Assembly: GCA_034428635.1 (NCBI GenBank)
Contig: DAOUHR010000085.1
Coordinates: forward strand, 905 to 64,904
Reading direction: 5' to 3'
DNA length: 64,000 bases
From: Dehalococcoidia bacterium
Lineage (GTDB): Bacteria > Chloroflexota > Dehalococcoidia > Lucifugimonadales > UBA3495
The notes under the pieces are model-generated. The model ran no database searches. It saw nothing but the letters and a program-made list of their open reading frames with translations, and was not told where the DNA came from. Position numbers and translations under genes: made by a program. Of this stretch, positions 1 to 9,280 are shown piece by piece. Position 1 is the first letter of the stretch. Each line of letters begins with the position of its first letter.

Positions 1-318
1 CCGGCCGATGTTATAGAGGCGGAGGTACAGACTATTGAAAGCGGCATGCCCCAATACAACCTGCGGGTAGCCTACGGCATCCCTGCGGGCAGCGGTTGCT
101 CCCAGGAAAACGGCTACCGGGTCAGCCGCAGAGAGCCTGGCATAGTGGAGGTAAAGGTGACTTACCACGGAGTTGCCCAGGGAGGGGAACCGGTCATTTG
201 CATTACAGACTACCCGGTCACGGAAGTCATCATCCCCCTGGGATCAGACTTTGAGGCGGGTCAGGATTATGCGGTGATAGTAAACGGTGAAGAGGCAACA
301 ACCTTCACTGTCCGTTAG
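1..318 (+). CDS. hypothetical protein, C-terminal fragment (ORF open to window edge)
   Basis: The frame of the 46..318 ORF stays open back to nt 1 (PADVIEAEVQTIESG-MPQYNL...). Stop TAG at 316-318 is followed by a GC hairpin. No family recognised. Confidence 0.4.
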   Translation, partial: PADVIEAEVQTIESGMPQYNLRVAYGIPAGSGCSQENGYRVSRREPGIVEVKVTYHGVAQGGEPVICITDYPVTEVIIPLGSDFEAGQDYAVIVNGEEATTFTVR

Positions 319-333
319 CGACGGCATTTCGGC

Positions 334-380
334 AAAAATGAACGGGCCCGGACGAGTTGTTCGTCCGGGCCTGTTGTTAT
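334..380. terminator. bidirectional intrinsic-terminator-like hairpin
   Basis: Stem ggcccggacga/tcgtccgggcc (345-371, 5-nt loop) with an A-run upstream and a T-rich run downstream. It lies between convergent gene ends (318 and 466). Confidence 0.5.
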
Positions 381-465
381 CCGCCACTCAAGAACTCCAC
401 GCTCACTCCCACTGAACCGGGGTGTGCGAGAGCCACTGGCTGCCGGCATTCTCCTGGTTAGGGAG

Positions 466-822
466 TTAAACGCTGAAGGAAGTGCCGCAGCCGCAGGCCT
501 TCTTGGCGTTGGGGTTTTCGAAAGTGAAACCCTTGCCGTTGAGGCCGTCGGAAAAATCCAGTTCGGTGCCCACCAGGTAGATATAGCTCTTCTTGTCCAC
601 CATTACCTTGACGCCGTACTGCTCGACAACCTTGTCGCTCTCCAGTTCCTCACCGGTAATCTTCAGGTCATAAGTGAGGCCGGAGCAACCGCCGCCCTTG
701 ACCGCCACCCGCAAACCCACGTTGTCCTTGATTCCTTCCTTCTCGGCAAAGTACTTGATCTTCTCCGCCGCCTTTTCGGTAATCTCGACGCCCAGTTCGA
801 CGCCGTCCATGGTTATAGCCAT
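466..822 (-). CDS. iscA: iron-sulfur cluster insertion/assembly protein, HesB/IscA/ErpA family
   Basis: 118-aa ORF from internal ATG (820-822) preceded by AAGGGAGGG. Contains GGGCSG and the C-terminal CGCGTSFSV signature. The upstream part of the 254-aa track ORF is not protein-like. Confidence 0.85.
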   Translation of the reverse strand: MAITMDGVELGVEITEKAAEKIKYFAEKEGIKDNVGLRVAVKGGGCSGLTYDLKITGEELESDKVVEQYGVKVMVDKKSYIYLVGTELDFSDGLNGKGFTFENPNAKKACGCGTSFSV

Positions 823-968
823 TGATAGCCCTCCCTTTGGAAAGCAATTTATTCGGTTTGGTAAATGCCATTGTACGTTCAAGAGACGTTGCCAGTCAAT
901 GGTGATTATTGGCGCGCTTTCCAGGCCTGACGTGCAATGTGAGGGACGAATACTGAAACCGTTACCAC

Positions 969-1625
969 TTATTCCTCTCCAAAACCCTCGGGCCCCAGCA
1001 GCGGCACAAAGCGGCACTTGCCGCACAGGTTGATTGACAAGCCTTCGCCAGTGCGGCGCACCAGGATCAGGTTCTGCTCCTCCCTCGGTCCCACGGGAGC
1101 CACCAATCGTCCTCCCACCGCCAACTGTTCTACCAGGCTGTCGGCCAGACCGGGACAGGCCGCGGTTACAATAATCGCGTCGAATGGGGCAAACTCCTTG
1201 GCGCCCAGAACCGGGCCGGCAGGAAGGCAAGTGACGTTATGGCAGGCCAGTTCCTCCAGGCGTTGGCGCGCCGCCTCGGCCAGCGCCGGTATCCGCTCCA
1301 CGGTTACAAGCAGGCCTCTGGGGAGCAGCCTGGAAAGAACGGCGGCCTGGTAACCGCTGCCGGTTCCCACTTCCAGCACCTTTTCGTCACCACAAAGCTC
1401 CAGCAGTTCCGTCATCCAGGCAACCATATATGGCTGGGATATGGTCTGGCCGGAGCCTATGGAGAGGGGGATGTTCTGGTAGGCCATGTGGCGGACGTCG
1501 GGGGGCACGAAGAGTTCCCTTGGCACCTGTTGCATGGCGTCCAACACCGCCTTGCTGGATATTTCCCTGCCAAGTTCTACGAATAACGTTCGTTTACGGG
1601 TTGTTAACCTGCGAAACTCATCCAA
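969..1625 (-). CDS. pcm: protein-L-isoaspartate O-methyltransferase
   Basis: QTISQPYMVA and the SAM-binding VLEVGTGSGYQAAVL motifs. The track ORF runs to 1829 with an implausible N-terminus. I prefer TTG at 1623-1625 preceded by AAGAGGG; the start is uncertain. Confidence 0.8.
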   Translation of the reverse strand: MDEFRRLTTRKRTLFVELGREISSKAVLDAMQQVPRELFVPPDVRHMAYQNIPLSIGSGQTISQPYMVAWMTELLELCGDEKVLEVGTGSGYQAAVLSRLLPRGLLVTVERIPALAEAARQRLEELACHNVTCLPAGPVLGAKEFAPFDAIIVTAACPGLADSLVEQLAVGGRLVAPVGPREEQNLILVRRTGEGLSINLCGKCRFVPLLGPEGFGEE

Positions 1626-1862
1626 TATTGCCCTCTTGACTGCACTATAGCATAGCGGACAGGCGCAAACAAACCAGAAAACTGGAAGCAGTCGAGTTCC
1701 AGTGAAGGTGGTACTGGCCGGAAAAGGAACTGGCCGGGCGGCGAGAGCTGAGTTGAGACCTGCCCCTGACCGTTGAGAGCCACCCAAACCGGAACCCAAT
1801 CTTAGGAAGATGGCACAATGTCCCGTCACGTCTTCCCGGGTTGGGGGGAACGGTCCCTGAGT

Positions 1863-2996
1863 TCAGGTTGGCTTGGAAAAACGAGGCATTACCTTCGTTC
1901 CGAAATTTTCCAGGTTCTGCAACGTCTGGCGCAACGGTATGCCGGCGTGAGCAAACTCCACCAGCAGGTAATCCAGGTTGCAGACTTCCTGCAATTCCAC
2001 CATCCTCTCGGAGACGTTCTCCGGGGAACCCACCAGCAGCGTGCGCGGTTCCAGGAAATCCCAGTCCAGCTTGACTGTCGGCTCCAGGTCCTCGCCCGGG
2101 TTGGTGAACACCTCCCTGCCCCGGAAGGGGTCATTGAAGGTGAACGCCGACATGATCCCCGACTCAGCCTCGCGCCGGGCTTGCTCCATGGAAGTTGAAA
2201 CATAGGTGGACCGCATTACGGCCTGGTCTTGCCCGACGGCAAACGGCTTTCCCTCCGACCGGGACCTTACCTCGGCGTAAATCTCCATTCTCTGGCGTAT
2301 GCGCCGGGGAGGAGGCTGCCAGTAGCAGGCTTTCAGGCCCATTTCGGCGGCAGTGGATACGGAACGGTCGGTGGATACCGTCATCCACAGGGGAGGATGA
2401 GGCGTCTGGTACGGTCGGGGCGTTACCCGCAGCCTCGCTACTTTTCCGTCCTCTTGCCAGGCCGGGTCGGGCGGAAAAGAAGGATGGGAAAACACCGTGT
2501 CCTCGGCGGGAAAGGTGTAGTTTTCTCCCCGGTGAGAGAAAAACTCCTCCGTCCAGATCTTCCGGACGATTTCCACCGTTTCCTGGAAAAGCTCCCGGTT
2601 TTCCTGGTCCTTCCGCGGGTCGGCGTTGGGACGAAATTGAGGGCCTTCGTAAGGCCAGACACCCCTGCCGAAGCCGACATCCACCCTGCCCCTGGTCATG
2701 TTGTCCAGGATGGCGATATCCTCCGCCAGCCTTATTGGATGCCACCAGGTTGCGATGTTTGCCATCTGGCCGATGCGAATCCTTGAGGTGCGGGCAGCCA
2801 GGTCGGCGCCCAGCAGAATTGGGTTGGGAAGGTCTCCCGCGCCGTAGAGGCCAAAATGGTGCTCTCCCAACCAGATGGCTTCGAAGCCCAGTTCTTCCGC
2901 CAGGACCGTTTGTTGCCGGAGATTATCCAGTATTTCTGCAGCATTGGTAGCTTTCCCGGCCGATGCAGCCACGGTGGTAAATGCGGCAAACTTCAT
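1863..2996 (-). CDS. LLM-class (luciferase-like) flavin/F420-dependent oxidoreductase
   Basis: 377 aa with luciferase-like monooxygenase features (EAIWLGEHHF, RVDVGFGRG). Cofactor and substrate cannot be determined from sequence alone. Confidence 0.8.
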   Translation of the reverse strand: MKFAAFTTVAASAGKATNAAEILDNLRQQTVLAEELGFEAIWLGEHHFGLYGAGDLPNPILLGADLAARTSRIRIGQMANIATWWHPIRLAEDIAILDNMTRGRVDVGFGRGVWPYEGPQFRPNADPRKDQENRELFQETVEIVRKIWTEEFFSHRGENYTFPAEDTVFSHPSFPPDPAWQEDGKVARLRVTPRPYQTPHPPLWMTVSTDRSVSTAAEMGLKACYWQPPPRRIRQRMEIYAEVRSRSEGKPFAVGQDQAVMRSTYVSTSMEQARREAESGIMSAFTFNDPFRGREVFTNPGEDLEPTVKLDWDFLEPRTLLVGSPENVSERMVELQEVCNLDYLLVEFAHAGIPLRQTLQNLENFGTKVMPRFSKPT

Positions 2997-3097
2997 GTGG
3001 TCATCCCAGTATCAGAAGACGGTTGCCATGTCCCAATAATGTAAACGGTTGGGAGCCAATGACAATCCGGGTATGGATGCCAGCGCCTCGCTGTGCA

Positions 3098-3904
3098 CTA
3101 CTTCCGGGTTGCCCGGCCCCGCAGGGTGTACAGGGCCAGGGTCATGCTTACCACCCCCAAACCCAGCGTGGCTATGACCCCATCCCGTATGACCACCCAC
3201 TGCCAGCCCTCAGTTATCAGCGAGCGTTCGGCAGCCAGGATGTAGGTTACCGGATTGAAGTCCGCATAGGTGGAGAGCCACGGCGTCATCTGTTCCTGAG
3301 GTATGAACAGGGTGGTCATAAACAGGAAGGGAAAGAACAGCAGGAAGGACAGGTTCACCGCCGCCACGTTCCCCGTCTTGAAGGCAATGGCGTAGGGGAA
3401 ACCGTTGAAAACAAGCCCCCACAGACCGGCCAGCAGCATGAATGTCAGGATTCCCAATACGCCCGTCACAAAGCCCACGCCAACGATGAAGCCCATGATA
3501 ATCACGGGAATGGTCAGGGCCATGATGAGCACAAAGTCAGCCATTAACAACCCCAGGAGCAGGGCCATCCGGTTAACCGGCGTGATGACCAGGCGGTCGA
3601 AATACCCCGACTGGATATCCGTCACTACCGTTATGGCCCGGGAAACGCCGGTTACGGCAAAAAGCACCGCAACAGGCAACTGGAAAGCGCGATAGTCCAG
3701 GCCTGGGATATTCTCCGCAAAGTCCTGCAGGGCCCCCACGGTTACCACAAACATGAACACCGGTATAAACAGGGCGGGAATCACCGTTTCCAGGTCCCGC
3801 AGCATGGAGCGCACCGCCCGCCGGGCCACGGCAAAAATGTCCCTGAAGAAGCCTGCCTTGCGGGCGTGAACGGTGACCACGCTCGCGCCTGACGCTACGG
3901 CCAT
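3098..3904 (-). CDS. ABC-2 type transporter permease
   Basis: 268 aa with multiple hydrophobic segments. It lies immediately downstream of the ABC ATPase gene on the same strand (42-nt gap). Confidence 0.75.
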   Translation of the reverse strand: MAVASGASVVTVHARKAGFFRDIFAVARRAVRSMLRDLETVIPALFIPVFMFVVTVGALQDFAENIPGLDYRAFQLPVAVLFAVTGVSRAITVVTDIQSGYFDRLVITPVNRMALLLGLLMADFVLIMALTIPVIIMGFIVGVGFVTGVLGILTFMLLAGLWGLVFNGFPYAIAFKTGNVAAVNLSFLLFFPFLFMTTLFIPQEQMTPWLSTYADFNPVTYILAAERSLITEGWQWVVIRDGVIATLGLGVVSMTLALYTLRGRATRK

Positions 3905-3946
3905 AAACCTCTCCTGGAATCGATGAATTGGAAGAATAAAGTGCGG

Positions 3947-4957
3947 TTAGTCGTCATTCCCGCTTGTCTCCTGCCCTGGCTGTCCCAATTCCTCCCGCTG
4001 CAGCCTGGAACCGGTTACCTGCAGGAAAACGTCGTCCAATGTCGGGGTGCGCAGGGTCAACTCCCGGACGCCCACGCCCAGTTCGTTCAGTTTCAGGGCC
4101 ACCCCGCTGACCAGCGCGGCCCCGTTGCCGGTGATCACTGTCAACTCCGAGTCGTGAGCGTCCACCGCGTCCACCGATGCCAGAGCTTCCAGTGCGGCTA
4201 CAACCTCACCGGAAACGTCGCCGTCCAGCTTCACGATAATCAGGTCGGCCCCCCGCGAGTGCTTCAGTTCCTCCGGCGTTCCCTGGATAGCCAGTCGGCC
4301 CCGGTCAATTATGCCCACCCGGTGGGCCAGGGCGTCGGCCTCTTCCAGGTACTGGGTGGTGAGGAAGATGGTTACGTCCAGGTCTTTATTGATCTTTCCA
4401 ATCTCTTCAAATATGCGGTTGCGGCTGATGGGGTCCAGGCCCGTGGTGGGTTCGTCCAGGAAAAGGATTTCAGGCTGGTGAATCAATGCCGCCGCCAGGT
4501 CCAGCCGCCGCTTCATACCGCCGGAGTAGGTGCCGACGAGGCGGCCTATGGCGTCGCCGATATCAATCAGGTCGGTCAGGTCAGCCATCCTCGCGGCGAT
4601 CTCTCTGCCCCTGAGACCGTAGAGTCTTCCCTGCAGGGTTAGCAGTTCCCGGCCGGTCTGCTTGTCGTCCAGGGCGGCTTCCTGCAGGGCCGCGCCGATG
4701 CGCAAGCGCACCTGGTCGGGTTGGGCTACCGCGTCGTATCCGGCCACGGAAATTGAGCCCGCGGTGGGGGCCAGCAGGGTGATCAACATACGGATCACGG
4801 TGGTCTTGCCCGCCCCGTTGGGACCCAGGAAGCCGTAAATTTCGCCGCGGTGGACCGACAGGTTAACGCCGTCCACGGCCCTCACGGCGCCGAACTCGCG
4901 CACCAGTCCTCGCGTTACAATTGCATCGGCTGTGTTGTTGGCGTTGGTTTCATTCAT
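3947..4957 (-). CDS. ABC transporter ATP-binding protein (DrrA/ABC-2 exporter type)
   Basis: Walker A GPNGAGKTT, signature YSGGMKRRL, Walker B ILFLDEPTTGLD. Start taken at ATG 4955-4957 (MNETNANN...). Confidence 0.9.
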   Translation of the reverse strand: MNETNANNTADAIVTRGLVREFGAVRAVDGVNLSVHRGEIYGFLGPNGAGKTTVIRMLITLLAPTAGSISVAGYDAVAQPDQVRLRIGAALQEAALDDKQTGRELLTLQGRLYGLRGREIAARMADLTDLIDIGDAIGRLVGTYSGGMKRRLDLAAALIHQPEILFLDEPTTGLDPISRNRIFEEIGKINKDLDVTIFLTTQYLEEADALAHRVGIIDRGRLAIQGTPEELKHSRGADLIIVKLDGDVSGEVVAALEALASVDAVDAHDSELTVITGNGAALVSGVALKLNELGVGVRELTLRTPTLDDVFLQVTGSRLQREELGQPGQETSGNDD

Positions 4958-5154
4958 TGTGCGGCACGTTTCGATTCTGGCAAAATTCTGTACGATTTCC
5001 CAATACAACATTCCTGTTTAGGAGCGGATTTGATGTTATCATATACGGATTAAAGCAACTAGAAAAGACTTTGCCCGGCAGCGGATAAACCTGGATGATT
5101 TCCAGGGATTCCTCAATTAACCGGGGAATACCTGGCAACTCGAAGGTATCCTCA

Positions 5155-5183
5155 TTGACCAACGGCCCCCGCTATGCTAGTAT
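5155..5183 (+). promoter_or_regulatory. candidate sigma70-type promoter
   Basis: TTGACC (5155-5160), 17 nt, TAGTAT (5178-5183), about 55 nt upstream of the regulator ATG at 5241. Pattern match only. Confidence 0.3.
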
Positions 5184-5240
5184 CCTTACCGCTAAATTGG
5201 CGACCACTGCCCCAGACTTTTATAGATTTTTGTAGATTTA

Positions 5241-5909
5241 ATGGCCAACCTCCAGCTAGCTGACCGGACCCAGTGGCTGTCCCTGCGGGATGCTTGCGAC
5301 CTGTTGCAGGTCAGCCAGGTTACCCTGCGCCAGTGGGCCGATGCCGGCCATCTTCGGGTGTACCGCACCCCCGGCGGCCATCGCCGGTTCGCCCGGGAGG
5401 ACCTGGTGGCCCTGACCCGGCAGCAGCCTGATTCCCACTCGGCAGAAACTACGGGCAAGCTGGAAGATGCCGCCCTGCGCCGCATCCGTCGCCGCCTCAA
5501 TCACGAAGAAGTGGCCAGCCAGTCCTGGTACCAGAGCGTGGAAGAGGAAGGCCGGGACCGGATGCGTCTTTTTGGCCGCCGTTTGCTGTCCCTGCTGGTG
5601 CAGGGTATTCCCCAGCGACGGGCGTCCGGCCGCCGTCAGGAAGTGCTGGCCGAGGCCCTGATGCTGGGGCATGAATACGGCGCGGAAATGTCGGAACGCA
5701 ATGTCCCCCTTAAGGATACGGTGGAGGCTTTCATCTTTTTCCGCACCCTGGTTCTGGACTCCACCGGCAACCGTACCTGGGGGCCCATTCTGGAATTGGC
5801 CGACCGTGTCCTGGTGGGTGTGGTGGAGTCATATCAGAGACGGTTGGAACTGTCCTCGCCTGCCCCGGTCCCTGCGGAAGAGACTACTGCCCACAACTTC
5901 GGAGGCTGA
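5241..5909 (+). CDS. MerR/excisionase-type HTH DNA-binding protein with unidentified C-terminal helical domain
   Basis: N-terminal LSLRDACDLLQVSQVTLRQWADAGHLRVYRTPGGHRRF resembles the excisionase/MerR HTH. It ends 10 nt before the siroheme decarboxylase gene on the same strand. Confidence 0.6.
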   Translation: MANLQLADRTQWLSLRDACDLLQVSQVTLRQWADAGHLRVYRTPGGHRRFAREDLVALTRQQPDSHSAETTGKLEDAALRRIRRRLNHEEVASQSWYQSVEEEGRDRMRLFGRRLLSLLVQGIPQRRASGRRQEVLAEALMLGHEYGAEMSERNVPLKDTVEAFIFFRTLVLDSTGNRTWGPILELADRVLVGVVESYQRRLELSSPAPVPAEETTAHNFGG

Positions 5910-5919
5910 CTGATAAGTT

Positions 5920-6975
5920 ATGGACTTGATTGATCGCACGCTGCTGAATCTCATTCAGAGCAAGTTTCCCATGGTGGAACGCCCCTACCTGGCCCTGGCC
6001 GAAGAGCTGGAAATAGGGGAAGAGGAAGTGATCTCCCGCCTGGACGACCTGAAGCGGCAGAACGTGGTGCGCCAGGTCAGCGCCATATTTGACACCCGCC
6101 GCCTGGGTTACAAGACGACCCTCGTGGCCTTTGCCTACGAACCGGACCATTTGAATGCTGGCGCCCTGTTCATCAACCGCCATCCTGGCGTCAGCCACAA
6201 CTACGCCCGAGAAGGCTCCTACTACAACCTCTGGTTCACCCTGGCGGTGCCGCCCGACGGCGACCTGCAGTCCACCGTAGAGTGGATGGCCCAGGAGACG
6301 GGCGCCCTTAATTTTCGGGTGATGCCCACCATTCGGTTCTTCAAGATCGGCGTCAACTTCGATATGGTCCAGCAGCGCAGCGCCGCCCATAACTACAGCC
6401 CGGACAACGTCGGAGAACGCACTCCCGCTCCGGACTGGAACCAGGCCCAGATTGTCTCCGAATTCGACAAGACCGTCATCCGGGAACTTCAGGAGGACCT
6501 TCCGCTGATTCCCCGACCTTTCGACGGCATGGCAGAAAGACTGGGCATGGATACTGCCCGCCTGTTTGCCCTGGCCGATGAGTACCAGGAACGGAAGATT
6601 ATGCGCCGCTTCAGCGCGGTGCTGCACCACCGCCGTTCGGGCTTCCGGTCCAATGCCATGGTGGTGTGGCAGGTGCCGCCGGAACGGGCCGAAGAAGTGG
6701 GCATGACCATGGCCCAGCACTCGGCAGTTACCCACTGCTACGAGCGGCCAACCTTCCCCGACTGGCCCTACTCCCACTTCTCCATGATTCACGCCACCAC
6801 CCAGGAGGAGTGCGAGCAGATTGCGGAAGAAATAAGCGAAGCCACCCAGATAACCGATAATCTCCTCCTCTACAGCACCCGGGAATACAAAAAGACCCGC
6901 GTCCGCTACTTCGTTGAGGAGTACGAGGAGTTCTGGGAAAGCGAACCGGAACTGGAAGAGGCCGTCCAGGATTAG
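5920..6975 (+). CDS. ahbAB: siroheme decarboxylase, fused AhbA/AhbB (NirD/L/G/H family)
   Basis: Two tandem Lrp/AsnC-like modules typical of this family (DRTLLNLIQSKFPMVERPY... and VIRELQEDLPLIPRPF...RRFSAVLHHRRSGF...). Confidence 0.78.
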   Translation: MDLIDRTLLNLIQSKFPMVERPYLALAEELEIGEEEVISRLDDLKRQNVVRQVSAIFDTRRLGYKTTLVAFAYEPDHLNAGALFINRHPGVSHNYAREGSYYNLWFTLAVPPDGDLQSTVEWMAQETGALNFRVMPTIRFFKIGVNFDMVQQRSAAHNYSPDNVGERTPAPDWNQAQIVSEFDKTVIRELQEDLPLIPRPFDGMAERLGMDTARLFALADEYQERKIMRRFSAVLHHRRSGFRSNAMVVWQVPPERAEEVGMTMAQHSAVTHCYERPTFPDWPYSHFSMIHATTQEECEQIAEEISEATQITDNLLLYSTREYKKTRVRYFVEEYEEFWESEPELEEAVQD

Positions 6976-6976
6976 A

Positions 6977-7181
6977 CACGAACATTCATCCACGAAGGAC
7001 ACGAAGAGACACGAAGAGACACGAAGCTTTTCCTGAGTTTCACCAGGGTGAGGGCCCGTTGAGTTTTCACCCCATTCCTTCGGCAGGATCAGGACAGGCT
7101 CTAACCTTGCTCCTTTACGGAGGAAGGAACCTTTTCAGAAGTTCCATGAGCTATTCGTGAATCTTCGTGTCCCTTCGTGGA
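6977..7181. repeat. CACGAAG-repeat inverted-repeat element filling the ahbAB-sirC intergenic region
   Basis: Left arm has CACGAA(C/G) at 6977, 6991, 7000, 7010 and 7020. Right arm has TTCGTG at 7154, 7164 and 7174 (10-bp phase), inverted relative to the left arm. About 125 nt of hairpin-rich interior. Confidence 0.6.
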
Positions 7182-7205
7182 TATAATAGAGAAAAGAGGA
7201 GACCA

Positions 7206-7940
7206 ATGCCCGACTACTACCCCGTATTCCTGAACCTGGCGGGAAAGCGCTGCGTCATCATCGGCGGCGGAACCATTGCCCAGGGCAAAATCGGTGGCCT
7301 GCTGCAGGCCGGCTGCCAGATCACCGTTATCAGCCCCGACGCCACGCCGGGCATCCGGCAGGCTGCCCAGCGGGGCGACATTACCTGGCTGGAGCGCACC
7401 TACCAGCCGGGCGACATGGAAGGCGCCTTCATCGGCGTGGCGGCTACCAATGTGTGGCACGTCAATCGGGAAATCTACGAGGAAGCGGAGCGCCTGGGCG
7501 TCCTGCTCAACGTGGTGGACGACCCCGACCTGTGCAGCTTTATCGCGCCTTCCGTGGTCAAGCGGGAACCGGTGACCCTGGCCATCTCCACCGGCGGCGC
7601 AAGCCCGGCCCTGGCCCGCAAGCTGCGGGAAACCCTGGCCCGCGCCGAAGCCCTGGAATGGGCCGACCTGGCCGACGTGTTGGCCCAGGCCCGCCGCATT
7701 ATCAAGGAGCAGCGCGTGGTCGTCGATCCGGAACGCTGGCAGTGCTGCATCACCCGCAACCTGCTCGACATGGTGCGGGATGGACGAGGCCAGGAAGCCC
7801 TGGATTTGTTGCTGTCCCAACTGTTGAATCCGGAAACGGCCGGCATGTGCGACAATCTGGCCAAGTGCCAGACCCGGAGCTGTCAGGTACGACAGTCTGC
7901 CCGGGAAGAAGACGCCAGTCAGCGGGAGGCCGTGCGGTGA
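7206..7940 (+). CDS. sirC: precorrin-2 dehydrogenase / sirohydrochlorin ferrochelatase (SirC/CysG N-terminal type)
   Basis: Rossmann IIGGGTIAQGK, NVVDDPDLCSF and STGGASPALARKLR motifs. ATG 7206 follows AGAGGAG. Stop TGA overlaps the hemA GTG (GTGA). Confidence 0.85.
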   Translation: MPDYYPVFLNLAGKRCVIIGGGTIAQGKIGGLLQAGCQITVISPDATPGIRQAAQRGDITWLERTYQPGDMEGAFIGVAATNVWHVNREIYEEAERLGVLLNVVDDPDLCSFIAPSVVKREPVTLAISTGGASPALARKLRETLARAEALEWADLADVLAQARRIIKEQRVVVDPERWQCCITRNLLDMVRDGRGQEALDLLLSQLLNPETAGMCDNLAKCQTRSCQVRQSAREEDASQREAVR

Positions 7941-9280
7941 GCCTCCTCGTTCTTGGGGTGAACCACCGGACCGCTCCCGTCGAAGTTCGGGAGAGGTTGA
8001 CTATTGACGAGGTGAACCTTCAACCGGCTTTAGATTCCCTGGCGAGGCAGGTAGCCCCGGGCGTAATCCTCTCCACCTGCAACCGCCTCGAAATCTACAC
8101 GCTGACCAATGAGGACGCGGACAACCCTGAACCAGTAGCCTGGTTAAAACGGTTCCTGTCCAGCTACTCCGGTCTGCCCGAAGCCGACCTGGCGCCTTTT
8201 CTCTACCAGCGCCAGGAGGGCGATTGTGTCAGGCACCTCTTCCGGGTTGCCAGCGGCCTGGACTCCATGGTGGTGGGCGAGTGGGAAATCCTTGGCCAGA
8301 TAAGGGCAGCCTTCAGCGGCGCCAGCAACCCCAAGTCGGGCCCCAGTTATGTCAAGGGGCCCCTGTCCCGCCTTTTTCACCAGGCCTTGCGGGTGGGCCG
8401 GCGGGTGCACCACGATTCCAACCTGGGCTCCAACCTGGGTGACTATCGCCGCCGTTCCGTCAGCCACGTGGGCGTCCGTCTCATCCACCGGCTGCTGGGC
8501 GACCTGTCGCAAAAGCGGGTGCTGCTTGTTGGCGCCGGTGAAGCGGGAAAACTGGCCGGCCGGGCCCTGGCCACCGCCGGGGTTGCCAACCTGATAGTTA
8601 CTAACCGTACCTACGAACGCGCCCAGGCGCTGTCCGAGGAACTGGGTGGGCAGGCCGCCCCCCTGGAGCGTCTCCACCAGGCAGTGGGCGATGCGGATGT
8701 GGTTATCAGCACCACTTCTTCGCCGGATTATCTGCTGCATCGCGCCGGGCTGCAGGAAATAATGGCGCTGAGGACCAGCCGCCCCCTGCTCATAGTGGAC
8801 ATTGCCGTGCCTCGGGACATAGACCCGGAGGCAGGGGATCTGGATGGAGTAAGCCTGTATGACATTGACGGCCTGAGTCGAACATCCGACGCTGCCAGCG
8901 TGGGAATGGAACCGGAAATCGCCCACGCTGAAGACCTGGCGGCGCAGGAAGCGTCCAGATTCATGGACTGGTGGCAGTCCCTCGACGCAATATCCGCCGT
9001 CGCCACCATTCGGGAGTATGCCGAGGAAGTCCGCCGGGCCGAAGTCGATAAAACCCTCTCCCGTCTGCGCCACCGGCAGGCCACCAGCGGGGATTCCAGC
9101 GAAGAAACGGAACTGGACGATCTGGCCGCCCACCTGGATGCCCTGACCACGGCCCTGGTGAAGAAACTCATGCACCACCCCACCATGTACCTCAAGGAAG
9201 GCAACGATCCCGCCCGCCAGGAAATAATTCGGGAGATGTTCAAGATGGACGGGACTGGTGGACGCCATGGCCGCCGCTAA
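7937..9280 (+). CDS. hemA: glutamyl-tRNA reductase
   Basis: VSLLVLGVNHRTAPVEVRE and STCNRLEIY motifs. GTG start at 7937 follows GGGAGG. The upstream part of the 608-aa track ORF is an out-of-context extension through sirC. Confidence 0.92.
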   Translation: MSLLVLGVNHRTAPVEVRERLTIDEVNLQPALDSLARQVAPGVILSTCNRLEIYTLTNEDADNPEPVAWLKRFLSSYSGLPEADLAPFLYQRQEGDCVRHLFRVASGLDSMVVGEWEILGQIRAAFSGASNPKSGPSYVKGPLSRLFHQALRVGRRVHHDSNLGSNLGDYRRRSVSHVGVRLIHRLLGDLSQKRVLLVGAGEAGKLAGRALATAGVANLIVTNRTYERAQALSEELGGQAAPLERLHQAVGDADVVISTTSSPDYLLHRAGLQEIMALRTSRPLLIVDIAVPRDIDPEAGDLDGVSLYDIDGLSRTSDAASVGMEPEIAHAEDLAAQEASRFMDWWQSLDAISAVATIREYAEEVRRAEVDKTLSRLRHRQATSGDSSEETELDDLAAHLDALTTALVKKLMHHPTMYLKEGNDPARQEIIREMFKMDGTGGRHGRR

